Shown in pieces: positions 49,125 through 58,026 of a stretch of 64,000 bases of DNA. Source of the stretch: Candidatus Sulfomarinibacteraceae bacterium (GTDB lineage Bacteria > Acidobacteriota > Thermoanaerobaculia > Thermoanaerobaculales > Sulfomarinibacteraceae); assembly GCA_963796455.1 (NCBI GenBank), contig CAWCLO010000001.1, forward strand, positions 1,152,001 through 1,216,000, written 5' to 3'. Below the pieces are notes generated by a model, which did not search any database, had not been told where the DNA came from, and saw only the letters and a list, made by a program, of their open reading frames with translations. Each line of letters begins with the position of its first letter. The first letter of the stretch is position 1. Both the position numbers and the translations under genes were made by a program.

Positions 49125-51094
49125 ACATCAACGATCTGGCATCCTGGCTTCTCACCTATCTCGTCCACAGCACCGTCCTCCTCGGCGCAGCCTGGCTGGC
49201 CTCGCGAGCACTCGGTGACCGCCGTTTGGCGCTCCAGGAGATCCTGCTCAGAACCGCTCTGGTGGGAGGTCTCTTGACCTCCGGTCTCCAGCTCATCCTG
49301 GGCATGCAACCTCTGGCTGGAGCTCTTTCCGTAGGTCAGTTTGCAGCCAACCCAAATCACGCCGTTGGGGCAGCGGCGGTGACCGCAGTCGAAATCGGCC
49401 AAAGCGTGAGTGAAATCGTGCCCCTCCCGGAATCGACAACCACCCTCTCCGGAACCATGGCCGGCGCAATGCTGGCCCTCTGGGCCGCCGGATCACTGCT
49501 CGCGTTGATCTCGCTCGGGCGATCCATCCAGGATCTTCGACGCCTGCTGAAAACCCGGCGCGCCCATCCCGCCGGACGCATTCTGGAGCGGCTCGCGAAT
49601 GCCATGGGTCTCCGCCAACCGGTCCGGCTCAGCACATCCAAGGCGATCGCCGTACCTTTTGCCACCGGCATCCGGAAGCCGGAAATCTGCTGCCCCGAAC
49701 GAGTTTGTGATCTTGCAATCGAACACCAGACCGGTCTCTTCGCCCATGAACTGGCTCATCTCGCCCGCAGGGATCCCGCGTGGCAGCTCCTCTACCGTCT
49801 CGGTGAGGCTGTCTTCGTACTGCAACCATTGAACCGACTGATACGGCGCAGACTCGAAGAAATCGCCGAACACCTGACCGATGAGCGCGCGGTCGCCTGC
49901 ACCGGCAACCGGCTCGGACTCGCCCGCTGCCTCGTGGTCGTGGCCCATTGGGGCTCATCGTCACAGATCGGAATCCCAGCGACCGCATTTGCTTCTGGTC
50001 CAAGGCTGGATCAGCGGGTCCGGCGCTTGCTTGCAGGCGGAACCGGCGAAGACCCTGCTCCCGGCTGGGCCACTCCGCTGGCAATCGCACTCCTGATTGC
50101 TGCAGCAGTGACCCTTCCTTTTGTGGCGGCCGGTCCGGTGGATGCGGAAGCCTTTTCCGACGTTCCCACAGAGGTCGTCACAAAGACCTGGTCAGATGCG
50201 CAGGACGTTCCCCAAAGCCCTCCCCCACCGGCGCCACCCGAGGCGGCCGCAAGGACCGACGAACCGGAACCGCCACCCCGCGCCCCGATGGTGGACCCTG
50301 AACCAGAAACAGTCCCGGAACCGAGGATGGCTCCTGAAGTCAACGCGGAACCCGAGGTCCTGATGGTTCCCGAGCCCGTTGTGGCCCCCGAACCGGTGAC
50401 GGTCCCTGAACCGGATACGGTCCTCGAAGCGCCCACGACCCCCGAGTCGGCGACTGCTCCCGAGTCGGATGTCAGCCCGACACCGGCAACACATCCGGCG
50501 CCGGCCACCCCACCATCTCAGGCTTCGCCGCGCACTGAGCATCCTTCTCCAGAAGAACGCGAAGCACGACGTACCTACGAATCGGAGCGCCGCAGCTATG
50601 AGCGCAAAGCACGGGAGATGGACGAGGCCAGGGTTCGCGCCGAGGCGAAGGAACGTTCTTCCGCCGAACGAAGCCAGGCCATGGCCACTCGAGAAGCAGA
50701 AAGGGCTCAGGCTCTGCAATCCCGGCGCCAGGAACAGGCAGAGCGTTCTGCCGAACGCGCCGCCATCGCCGAGGCCAGAGCACAACCAAGGACTCGCGAA
50801 AGCCAGGAGCGTGCTCAGGAACTCGCGAACCGAGCCAGGAGCGACGAACACAGAACTGAACTTCGCCAACTCCGTGAAGCGGAAGCGGCGCTTCGTAGCG
50901 AACAGCGGCGAATCGCGGCCGAGGCCAGGGCCCGGGAACACGCGGCGGAAAACCTGGAACGGGCGCAACGGAGAGCCGAGGAACGGGCCCGCATGCTCGA
51001 GGATCAAGCGCGTCGACTGGCCGAACAGTCCGAGGCCGAACGCCAGGCTGCCGAGGAACAGCAGCGCCTCGAGGCTGAAAAAGAGAAAAAATAG
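49121..51094 (+). CDS. M56 (BlaR1/MecR1-type) membrane metallopeptidase with a Pro/Glu-rich linker and long charged helical tail
   Basis: TMs, HELAHLARRD zinc motif, EHLTD; no penicillin-binding sensor domain. Confidence 0.88.
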   Translation: MNINDLASWLLTYLVHSTVLLGAAWLASRALGDRRLALQEILLRTALVGGLLTSGLQLILGMQPLAGALSVGQFAANPNHAVGAAAVTAVEIGQSVSEIVPLPESTTTLSGTMAGAMLALWAAGSLLALISLGRSIQDLRRLLKTRRAHPAGRILERLANAMGLRQPVRLSTSKAIAVPFATGIRKPEICCPERVCDLAIEHQTGLFAHELAHLARRDPAWQLLYRLGEAVFVLQPLNRLIRRRLEEIAEHLTDERAVACTGNRLGLARCLVVVAHWGSSSQIGIPATAFASGPRLDQRVRRLLAGGTGEDPAPGWATPLAIALLIAAAVTLPFVAAGPVDAEAFSDVPTEVVTKTWSDAQDVPQSPPPPAPPEAAARTDEPEPPPRAPMVDPEPETVPEPRMAPEVNAEPEVLMVPEPVVAPEPVTVPEPDTVLEAPTTPESATAPESDVSPTPATHPAPATPPSQASPRTEHPSPEEREARRTYESERRSYERKAREMDEARVRAEAKERSSAERSQAMATREAERAQALQSRRQEQAERSAERAAIAEARAQPRTRESQERAQELANRARSDEHRTELRQLREAEAALRSEQRRIAAEARAREHAAENLERAQRRAEERARMLEDQARRLAEQSEAERQAAEEQQRLEAEKEKK

Positions 51095-51206
51095 CGCGAC
51101 ACCAAAAAATACCGCTGACTGAATCTCACCGGAGCGGCCCACGGATGGGCACATCTTGCCATCGGGACCTATAATGACCACATTGGAAGATGTGGGAGGA
51201 CCGCCC

Positions 51207-53210
51207 GTGAGCCCAAGTCGACGAAAAGTGTCCATGTTCGGCATCGCGATGATGCTGTGGGCCATCGTTGCACCGGCCATCGCAAACGAGCGGCCGGTCC
51301 ACCGCCCGCGCCGAGTCGAGCGTCAGGTGCGACCGGTACGGCCGAGCGGTAACCAAGCGGTTGCGCTCGAGAAGCTGACGACCTGCCAGGAAGCCCATGC
51401 CTACCTCATCGAGGCCGCGGTCGAGATGGTCCTCCATTATCGCTACGGCAATGGGGGTGTGGTCTTCGCCGGAGGGCCGGAAGATGTAGATGCGCCAAGG
51501 ATCCCGGATGACTACACCACCACCAACAACCAGGTTGCGGGTGTCGACGAACTCGATATCGTCAAGACCAATGGGACCCACCTGTACGCGTTGGATTACA
51601 ACCGGTTCCACCTGCTCCGTTCGTGGCCCGCGGAGACAACCGCTGAGGTCGGGGTGGTCGACGTCGATTCGTATGGCCACGGTCTATTCCTGGATCGCGA
51701 CCGCGTGATTTCAGTCAGCCAGTTTTGGGGCGACGAATCGTTCGCCCCGTACGGGTCCGGAGGGACTCGATTCGAAATCCTGGATATCTCCGTCCCCTCC
51801 CGACCAACCACGCTTCGCACCATCGACGTCGAGGGCTTTTTGGTCGATTCCAGACTCATCGATGGACACCTCTACGCCGTCATCTGGTCGCAGCCGGAAC
51901 TGCCCTACGAGATCTGGGAGCTCTCGGGAGACCCCGAACTCCCCCTGCCCGAAATGCCTGCGAACGCCAGCGCTGAAGTACGCGACCGGATCCTCGCGAC
52001 GGCCCGCCGAATCCTGATGCCGATCGTGACGGACATCCTGATCAAGGTGGAGATCGCCGATCTGCTTCCGCAACACGTGGATGTGCACCCGGAAAACATC
52101 TCGGTCGATCCTGCTCCACTCTTACAGTGCGGCGATCTCTTCCGGCCCAGCGAGCCTTCCCGTTTGTCCGTCCTATCGGTGTTCCACCTCGATGTACGCG
52201 CCGATGAACCCATTTCGGCGGTGGGCCTTCTGGCCGATGGTTGGGAGGTCTACGCCTCTTTGGACAGCGTGTATGTGGCCAAGGCAAGCGACTTGTGGTG
52301 GTGGGGCTGGCCCGAGTCAGAAAATTTCGACATGACGACCGCGGTCCACAAGTTCACCCTCGACCCGGAGAGCGACGCACCGGTGACCTATACGGCTTCG
52401 GGTGAGGTGGACGGGTGGCTTCTCAACCAGTTTTCCATGAGCGAGTTCGACGATCACCTGCGGATTGCCACCACCGAGGTTGGTTGGTGGGGCTTCGCCG
52501 AGGCCGACGAGGCCGCCAACTCGGTCACGATTCTCGCCGATGACGGCGACGGAAGGCTCGTCGAGACGGGCCGGATCGGCGGCATGGGCCCCGGCGAGCG
52601 GATCTTTGCGGTCCGCTTCATGGGTCCGAAGGGTTATGTCGTGACCTTCGAACAGATCGACCCGCTCTTCACCCTCGATCTCTCCGACCCCACGAATCCA
52701 TCGGTGATCGGGGAGCTCGAGATCACCGGGTTTTCATCCTATCTCCACCCAATCGGTGACGATTGGCTGCTGGCGGTGGGTCAGGAGGCGGACGAGGAGG
52801 GCCGGATTATCGGGCTGGCGGTCAGCATCTTCGATGTACGCGAATTCGACGCGCCCCGGCTCGCCCATCGCTATCTGATCGAAAACGAGGACGACACCTG
52901 GTCCTGGTCGGAATCCCTGCACGACCACCACGCCTTCACGTTCCATCGCGGCGTGCTGTCGATCCCGGTCTATATCGGAGGCGAGGAACGGTTTCACGGT
53001 CTTATCGTGCTCTCGGTGGATCCGGAGGACGGCATCGTCGAGCTCGGCCGTATCTCGCATCACGATCTGGCCGGAGAGGGTATCTACGCGTGGATGCGGC
53101 GCAGTGTCTACATCGAGGATTTCATCTACTCGCTCTCCACGGTTGGGGTCAAGGTCAACCGTCTGCGCAATCCCGAGGTCGAGGTCGCTCGGGTGCCCTT
53201 CGAGGAGTAG
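51207..53210 (+). CDS. Secreted beta-propeller domain protein (Beta_propel/YncE-like)
   Basis: TTNNQVAGVDELDIVKTNG, LNQFSMSE...LRIATT, GERIFAVRF...YVVTFEQIDPLF, GFSSYLHP; GGAGG before GTG 51207. Confidence 0.85.
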   Translation: MSPSRRKVSMFGIAMMLWAIVAPAIANERPVHRPRRVERQVRPVRPSGNQAVALEKLTTCQEAHAYLIEAAVEMVLHYRYGNGGVVFAGGPEDVDAPRIPDDYTTTNNQVAGVDELDIVKTNGTHLYALDYNRFHLLRSWPAETTAEVGVVDVDSYGHGLFLDRDRVISVSQFWGDESFAPYGSGGTRFEILDISVPSRPTTLRTIDVEGFLVDSRLIDGHLYAVIWSQPELPYEIWELSGDPELPLPEMPANASAEVRDRILATARRILMPIVTDILIKVEIADLLPQHVDVHPENISVDPAPLLQCGDLFRPSEPSRLSVLSVFHLDVRADEPISAVGLLADGWEVYASLDSVYVAKASDLWWWGWPESENFDMTTAVHKFTLDPESDAPVTYTASGEVDGWLLNQFSMSEFDDHLRIATTEVGWWGFAEADEAANSVTILADDGDGRLVETGRIGGMGPGERIFAVRFMGPKGYVVTFEQIDPLFTLDLSDPTNPSVIGELEITGFSSYLHPIGDDWLLAVGQEADEEGRIIGLAVSIFDVREFDAPRLAHRYLIENEDDTWSWSESLHDHHAFTFHRGVLSIPVYIGGEERFHGLIVLSVDPEDGIVELGRISHHDLAGEGIYAWMRRSVYIEDFIYSLSTVGVKVNRLRNPEVEVARVPFEE

Positions 53211-53327
53211 TTCGCGGGCCGTTTTGGTGTCGATCGGCCGCTTCGCGGCCCGATTGGGAGCATTGAGGGTGTGAGCTAAACCTCCACCGCGCCTTTCCCT
53301 TCTCTTCCCCGTCTCTCTTTGCCCGGA

Positions 53328-53790
53328 TTGCAGCGGCAGCGGCAGTGTCCAGCGGCAGCGACAGGGCTCAGGGCCAGAGAACAGCGATCAGTGTTCTGCG
53401 GCAGAGATCAGGGGCAGCGATCAGGTACAGTGACGGCGCGATCACCTCCGGGTCGGTTAACAGAACGAACAGCCGTTGTGGTGTAGGAGTCTCGCCTGCG
53501 CAAGGTGCGGCCGAGACGGCCGCACCACAAAGGCCGGAACCAAAAATATTGCTGCTGTTGGCTGTCCCGGCCGCTGATCGCTGACCCTGAAGACTGAACG
53601 CTAGCGCTGACTCCTGTTCGCTGTCGCTGAATTCTGTCGCTGTCCCCGATCGCTGCCCGAGACACTGTCTTGGACGAAGGTGATCCAGCATCCTGAATCC
53701 AGCATCGAGTATCGAGCATCGTGTGGTGCGTTCTCCCCTTCCCCCTTTCTCCCCTTCTCCTCTGCCCCTCTGCCCCTCTGCCCCTCTGCC
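53328..53790. repeat. Composite repeat locus R14: CAGCG arm, REPIN (53477-53529), CGCTG arm, boundary 53665-53680, CAGCATC/GAGTATC heptamers, TTCTCCCC/CTCTGCCC octamers
   Basis: Homologous to R2, R6 and R8. Confidence 0.9.
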
Positions 53791-53841
53791 AGCTTCGGAC
53801 GCGGACGCGGGTGCGAGTACAATGCCCCACCGGAGGATGAG

Positions 53842-55893
53842 ATGAGCGACCCAGTCCTGACTGTCGAACTGACCGATCTCCCCGAGCCCAAGCCCTTCAA
53901 ACCCGGCATCCGTCGGGCACCCAATCGCGGCTATGACCTCAACCGCAACGACACCATGGTCGCCCTCAAAAACGCCCTCCGATACATACCAGAGGAGCAC
54001 CACTCAACCGTCGCGCCGGAGTTCCTCGAGGAGCTGCTGACGATGGGCCGGATCTACGGCTATCGCTACCGCCCGGCAGAGGAGCTTTCGGGCAAGCCCA
54101 TCGACTCATACATCGGCCGGATTACGGAAGCCAAGGCGATGCAGGTGATGATCGACAACAACCTCGATTTCGATGTTGCCCTGTATCCCTACGAACTGGT
54201 GACGTACGGCGAAAGCGGACAGGTCTGCCAGAACTGGATGCAGTACCGCCTGATCAAGCGCTATCTCGAGATGATGGATCACGAACAGACCCTGGTCGTG
54301 AGCTCGGGACACCCTCTCGGTCTTTTTCCATCGAGACCCGAAGCTCCTCGCGCAATCATTACCAACGGGTTGATGGTCGGAATGTTCGACACGCCCGAGG
54401 ATTTCCAACGGCTTGCAGCCCTGGGTTGCGTAAACTACGGACAGATGACCGCCGGCGGATGGATGTACATCGGCCCCCAGGGCATCGTCCACGGCACCTA
54501 CATCACGCTCTTGAACGCCGGCCGCTTGTATCTGGGCGTGCCCGACGATGGGAATCTGGCGGGCAAGACCTTCATCACGTCGGGGCTCGGCGGCATGTCC
54601 GGAGCCCAACCAAAAGCCCTCGAGATCGCCGGCGGCGCCGGTATCGTGGCCGAGGTCGACCCCTCGAGAGTCGAGACCAGGCACTCCCAGGGATGGGTGT
54701 CAAAGGTCACCGACGACCTGGCGACCTCGGTCCGCTGGATGCTCGAAGGGGCGGAAAAGGGCGAGGCCGTTTCTATTGCCTACGAAGGAAATATCGTCGA
54801 TCTCCTCGAATACCTCGATGCCAATGACATTTCGGTCGATCTCTACTCCGATCAGACCTCGTGCCACGTCCCCTACGACGGCGGCTACACACCGGCCGGT
54901 CTCAGTTTTGACGAGGGCCGGGAGATGTTGGCAGCGGATCGTGATGATTTCAAACGCCTGGTGGACGAAAGCCTGATCCGTCATTTCAAGGTACTCAAAC
55001 GGCTGACCGACAAAGGGGCCCGGTTCTGGGACTACGGCAATGCCTTCATGAAGGCGGTCTTTGACGCAGGTGCGCCCGAAATCGCAACCAATGGTGCCGA
55101 TACCTCAGAGGGCTTCATCTGGCCCTCCTATGTCGAGGACATCATGGGACCCATGTGTTTTGACTATGGCTATGGGCCGTTTCGCTGGGTCTGTCTGTCG
55201 GGGAAGGCTGCTGACCTTTCGAAGACCGACGCTGCAGCGATGGGCTGCATCGATCCGTCTCGACGCGGCCAGGATCGAGACAACTGGCAGTGGATCAAGG
55301 ACGCCGAAAAAAACGCTCTTGTCGTCGGAACCCAGGCTCGGATTCTCTACGCCGATGCCGAGGGACGAACCGCGATTGCGCGCGAGTTCAACCGCATGGT
55401 TCGCGCCGGTGAGATCGGTCCGGTGATGATGGGTCGTGACCACCACGATACCGGAGGAACGGATTCACCCTATCGCGAGACCGCAAATATCTATGACGGT
55501 TCGAACACGGTCGCCGACATGGCCCACCAGTGCTGGGCCGGCAACGCGGCGAGGGGGATGACGATGGCAGTCCTCTCCAACGGCGGTGGGGTCGGTACCG
55601 GCAAGGCGATCAACGGAGGCTTCGGTCTTGTACTCGATGGTTCTGAACGCGTCGAACGAATCCTCGACACTGCGCTCGAGTGGGACGCCATGGGGGGCGT
55701 CGCCCGCCGTGCCTGGGCCCGGAACGAAAACGCCATCGAGACGGTCGACATCTGGAACCGTGCCAACGCCGCGCGTGGGCATGTGACAGTGCCGAGAGTT
55801 GCAGCCGACGATCTCGTCGAAGGACTGGTTGACGGGAGCCTGACGCAGGATTCAGGATTCAGGATTCAGGATGCTGGATCACTTTTGTCCTAG
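53842..55893 (+). CDS. hutU: Urocanate hydratase, long (about 680 aa) form
   Basis: YPYELVTYG, YGQMTAGGWMYIGPQGIVHGT, GLGGMSGAQP, SDQTSCH, GPFRW, GRDHHD, NGGGVG. Confidence 0.94.
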   Translation: MSDPVLTVELTDLPEPKPFKPGIRRAPNRGYDLNRNDTMVALKNALRYIPEEHHSTVAPEFLEELLTMGRIYGYRYRPAEELSGKPIDSYIGRITEAKAMQVMIDNNLDFDVALYPYELVTYGESGQVCQNWMQYRLIKRYLEMMDHEQTLVVSSGHPLGLFPSRPEAPRAIITNGLMVGMFDTPEDFQRLAALGCVNYGQMTAGGWMYIGPQGIVHGTYITLLNAGRLYLGVPDDGNLAGKTFITSGLGGMSGAQPKALEIAGGAGIVAEVDPSRVETRHSQGWVSKVTDDLATSVRWMLEGAEKGEAVSIAYEGNIVDLLEYLDANDISVDLYSDQTSCHVPYDGGYTPAGLSFDEGREMLAADRDDFKRLVDESLIRHFKVLKRLTDKGARFWDYGNAFMKAVFDAGAPEIATNGADTSEGFIWPSYVEDIMGPMCFDYGYGPFRWVCLSGKAADLSKTDAAAMGCIDPSRRGQDRDNWQWIKDAEKNALVVGTQARILYADAEGRTAIAREFNRMVRAGEIGPVMMGRDHHDTGGTDSPYRETANIYDGSNTVADMAHQCWAGNAARGMTMAVLSNGGGVGTGKAINGGFGLVLDGSERVERILDTALEWDAMGGVARRAWARNENAIETVDIWNRANAARGHVTVPRVAADDLVEGLVDGSLTQDSGFRIQDAGSLLS

Positions 55894-56345
55894 ACAGAGG
55901 GTCGGACAGCAATCAGGGGCAGCGACGGGGAACGGCGGACGGCGTCAGCGATCAGTCGCCAGCGGCAGCGACCAGCGGCCAGGGCAGCGTCAGCGTCAGC
56001 GTCAGCGTCAGCGAACAGCCCTTACTTGGAACGACCCGGAGGTGGCCACATCGTCGCCTGTACTCCTGACCGCTGACGCTGGACACTGTCGCTGTCGCTG
56101 CAATTCGGGATCGAGAACGGGTACGAGACAAGCGCGAACCGGATATGCCAAAAGCCAACCCGTAAACCACGTGATGTCAGGTGGGAAACTTCAGGTGACG
56201 ATCTGTTTTGGACAGCGGTAATGCTGGATGCTGGCAGATTGTGATCCCGACTCTACCGATACGCAAATAGAACGATTGCGATGGTCGATCTGCGTTCATC
56301 TGCGTTCATCTGCGTGATCTGCGGTTTCTCCGGTTTCTCCCTCCA
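55846..56345. repeat. Composite repeat locus R15: CAGGATT heptamers, inverted boundary pair (55882-55897 / 56203-56218), (CAGCGT)n arm, ATCTGCGTTC nonamers
   Basis: Read directly. Confidence 0.85.
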
Positions 56346-56421
56346 GGCAACGCCGTTCCGATTCCTGCAGCCAGCATCTGCTTCTGAGACGATCCCTGCC
56401 TGTAAGCGGTAAACTGGATTG

Positions 56422-57678
56422 ATGGACGCCCTCGTCTCCCACCTGCCGCCCGAGGTATTCGGGTTTGTCGTGACTCTCGGGCTGTCCTTGCTGATCGGTT
56501 TCGAGCGCGAGGAGCACGAACCCGATGGAATCGGAGGAGTTCGGACGTTTCCGATCATCGGGCTCAGCGGCTATCTCCTGGTTGCGGGCTTTCCGGATTC
56601 CGCAATTCCTTTTTCGCTCGGTCTGGCGGTCACCGGGATCCTGGTCGCGCTCTCCCACTGGCATTTCCTCAAGGAGGGCGAACCCGGTCTCACCACCGAG
56701 GCCGCCGTCCTGCTCACCTTCGCCCTCGGTGGCAGCGCCGCCAAGGGTTTCTACTGGATTGCCATTTCCACCGGTGTTGTCGCCGTCATTCTGCTCCAGG
56801 AGAAACATCTGCTCGAAGGACTGGCAACCAAACTGCCGCGCCGCGAACTCAGCACACTCCTCCGATTTCTGCTGCTCACCGCGGTCATCCTGCCGATCGT
56901 GCCGAATCGCGATTTCACGGCCTTCGAGATCAACCCCTTCAAGATCTGGCTGGTCGTGGCGGCGGTACTGGGTGTTTCATACGTCAGCTACCTGCTGCGT
57001 TTGACCCTCGGTGAAGACCGGGGGCTGATTCTTGCCGGTCTGCTCGGCGGGGCCTACTCCTCGACCGTCACCACGGTTGTCCTCGCCCGCCAATCGAAAA
57101 CGAGCCCACCCTGCGCGATCGGGTTTTCCGGCGCCATCATTGCCGCCACCGGGGTAATGTACATGAGGCTCTGGATTCTGCTCCTGCTCTTCGCCGCACC
57201 ACTGGCCCATCGCCTCGCGGTCATATTCTGGTGCCTCGGCCTGGCCGCCATCACTATCGGCGCTGTCCTGGCCCGCAAGCGAACCGACGAAGATTGTGAA
57301 TTTGACCCAACAAAGGAACGGCGAGACGGCAACCCGCTCGAAATGACCTCCGCCTTCACCTTTGCCGCCATTTTCACCGCCGTTCTGGTGGCCACCAAGA
57401 TCGTCGCCGAACGCTTCGGCAGCACGGGAATCCTGGTGATGGCGGCCATCATGGGCGCGGCCGATGTGGACCCATTTATCCTTGGTCTGACCCAGACCGT
57501 CGGCTCGGGCCTCGCCGTCGAAACCGCCGCGCTGGCGGTGGTGATCGCCGCGGCAGTGAACAATCTCATGAAGGGCGTTTACGCACTTGTCTTTGGTTCG
57601 AAGCGGACCGGTCGCCTCAGCCTGCTTGTCTTGAGCGCATTTGGCGTCCTCAGCGTCGTCCTGTTCTGGATGATCTGA
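56422..57678 (+). CDS. MgtC/SapB-DUF4010 family membrane protein
   Basis: LIGFERE, GVRTFP, GLTTE, LGGAYSSTVTT, ADVD. Confidence 0.88.
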   Translation: MDALVSHLPPEVFGFVVTLGLSLLIGFEREEHEPDGIGGVRTFPIIGLSGYLLVAGFPDSAIPFSLGLAVTGILVALSHWHFLKEGEPGLTTEAAVLLTFALGGSAAKGFYWIAISTGVVAVILLQEKHLLEGLATKLPRRELSTLLRFLLLTAVILPIVPNRDFTAFEINPFKIWLVVAAVLGVSYVSYLLRLTLGEDRGLILAGLLGGAYSSTVTTVVLARQSKTSPPCAIGFSGAIIAATGVMYMRLWILLLLFAAPLAHRLAVIFWCLGLAAITIGAVLARKRTDEDCEFDPTKERRDGNPLEMTSAFTFAAIFTAVLVATKIVAERFGSTGILVMAAIMGAADVDPFILGLTQTVGSGLAVETAALAVVIAAAVNNLMKGVYALVFGSKRTGRLSLLVLSAFGVLSVVLFWMI

Positions 57679-58026
57679 GTTACACCCCGCCACCCTCAAC
57701 CCAGGGAATCGACCTGTAGCGCGCTTTTCTTCGCGGCTCAATTCGGCAATTACCACTCATAAATCACTCGTTTCGAGGGAGGCGTGAATAAATCCGCTGC
57801 CTGACACTGTTAAGCGTGTTGCACAAGGTTTTTCTTGAGAAAGGCGAACACGAAACACGTAGGTAGGAGGGGGCTTTTGTGAAGATCAAAGAGACGCCGA
57901 TGTCGATGTGTTATCTGCGACTAACAAAGACAACACCTCTCCCGCAACGAACAGGCGCGCCCGTTGTGGTGTCATCCGACTGGAAATTACTCTGATAATG
58001 AGGGATAATCGCCAGACTTTTCCTGG

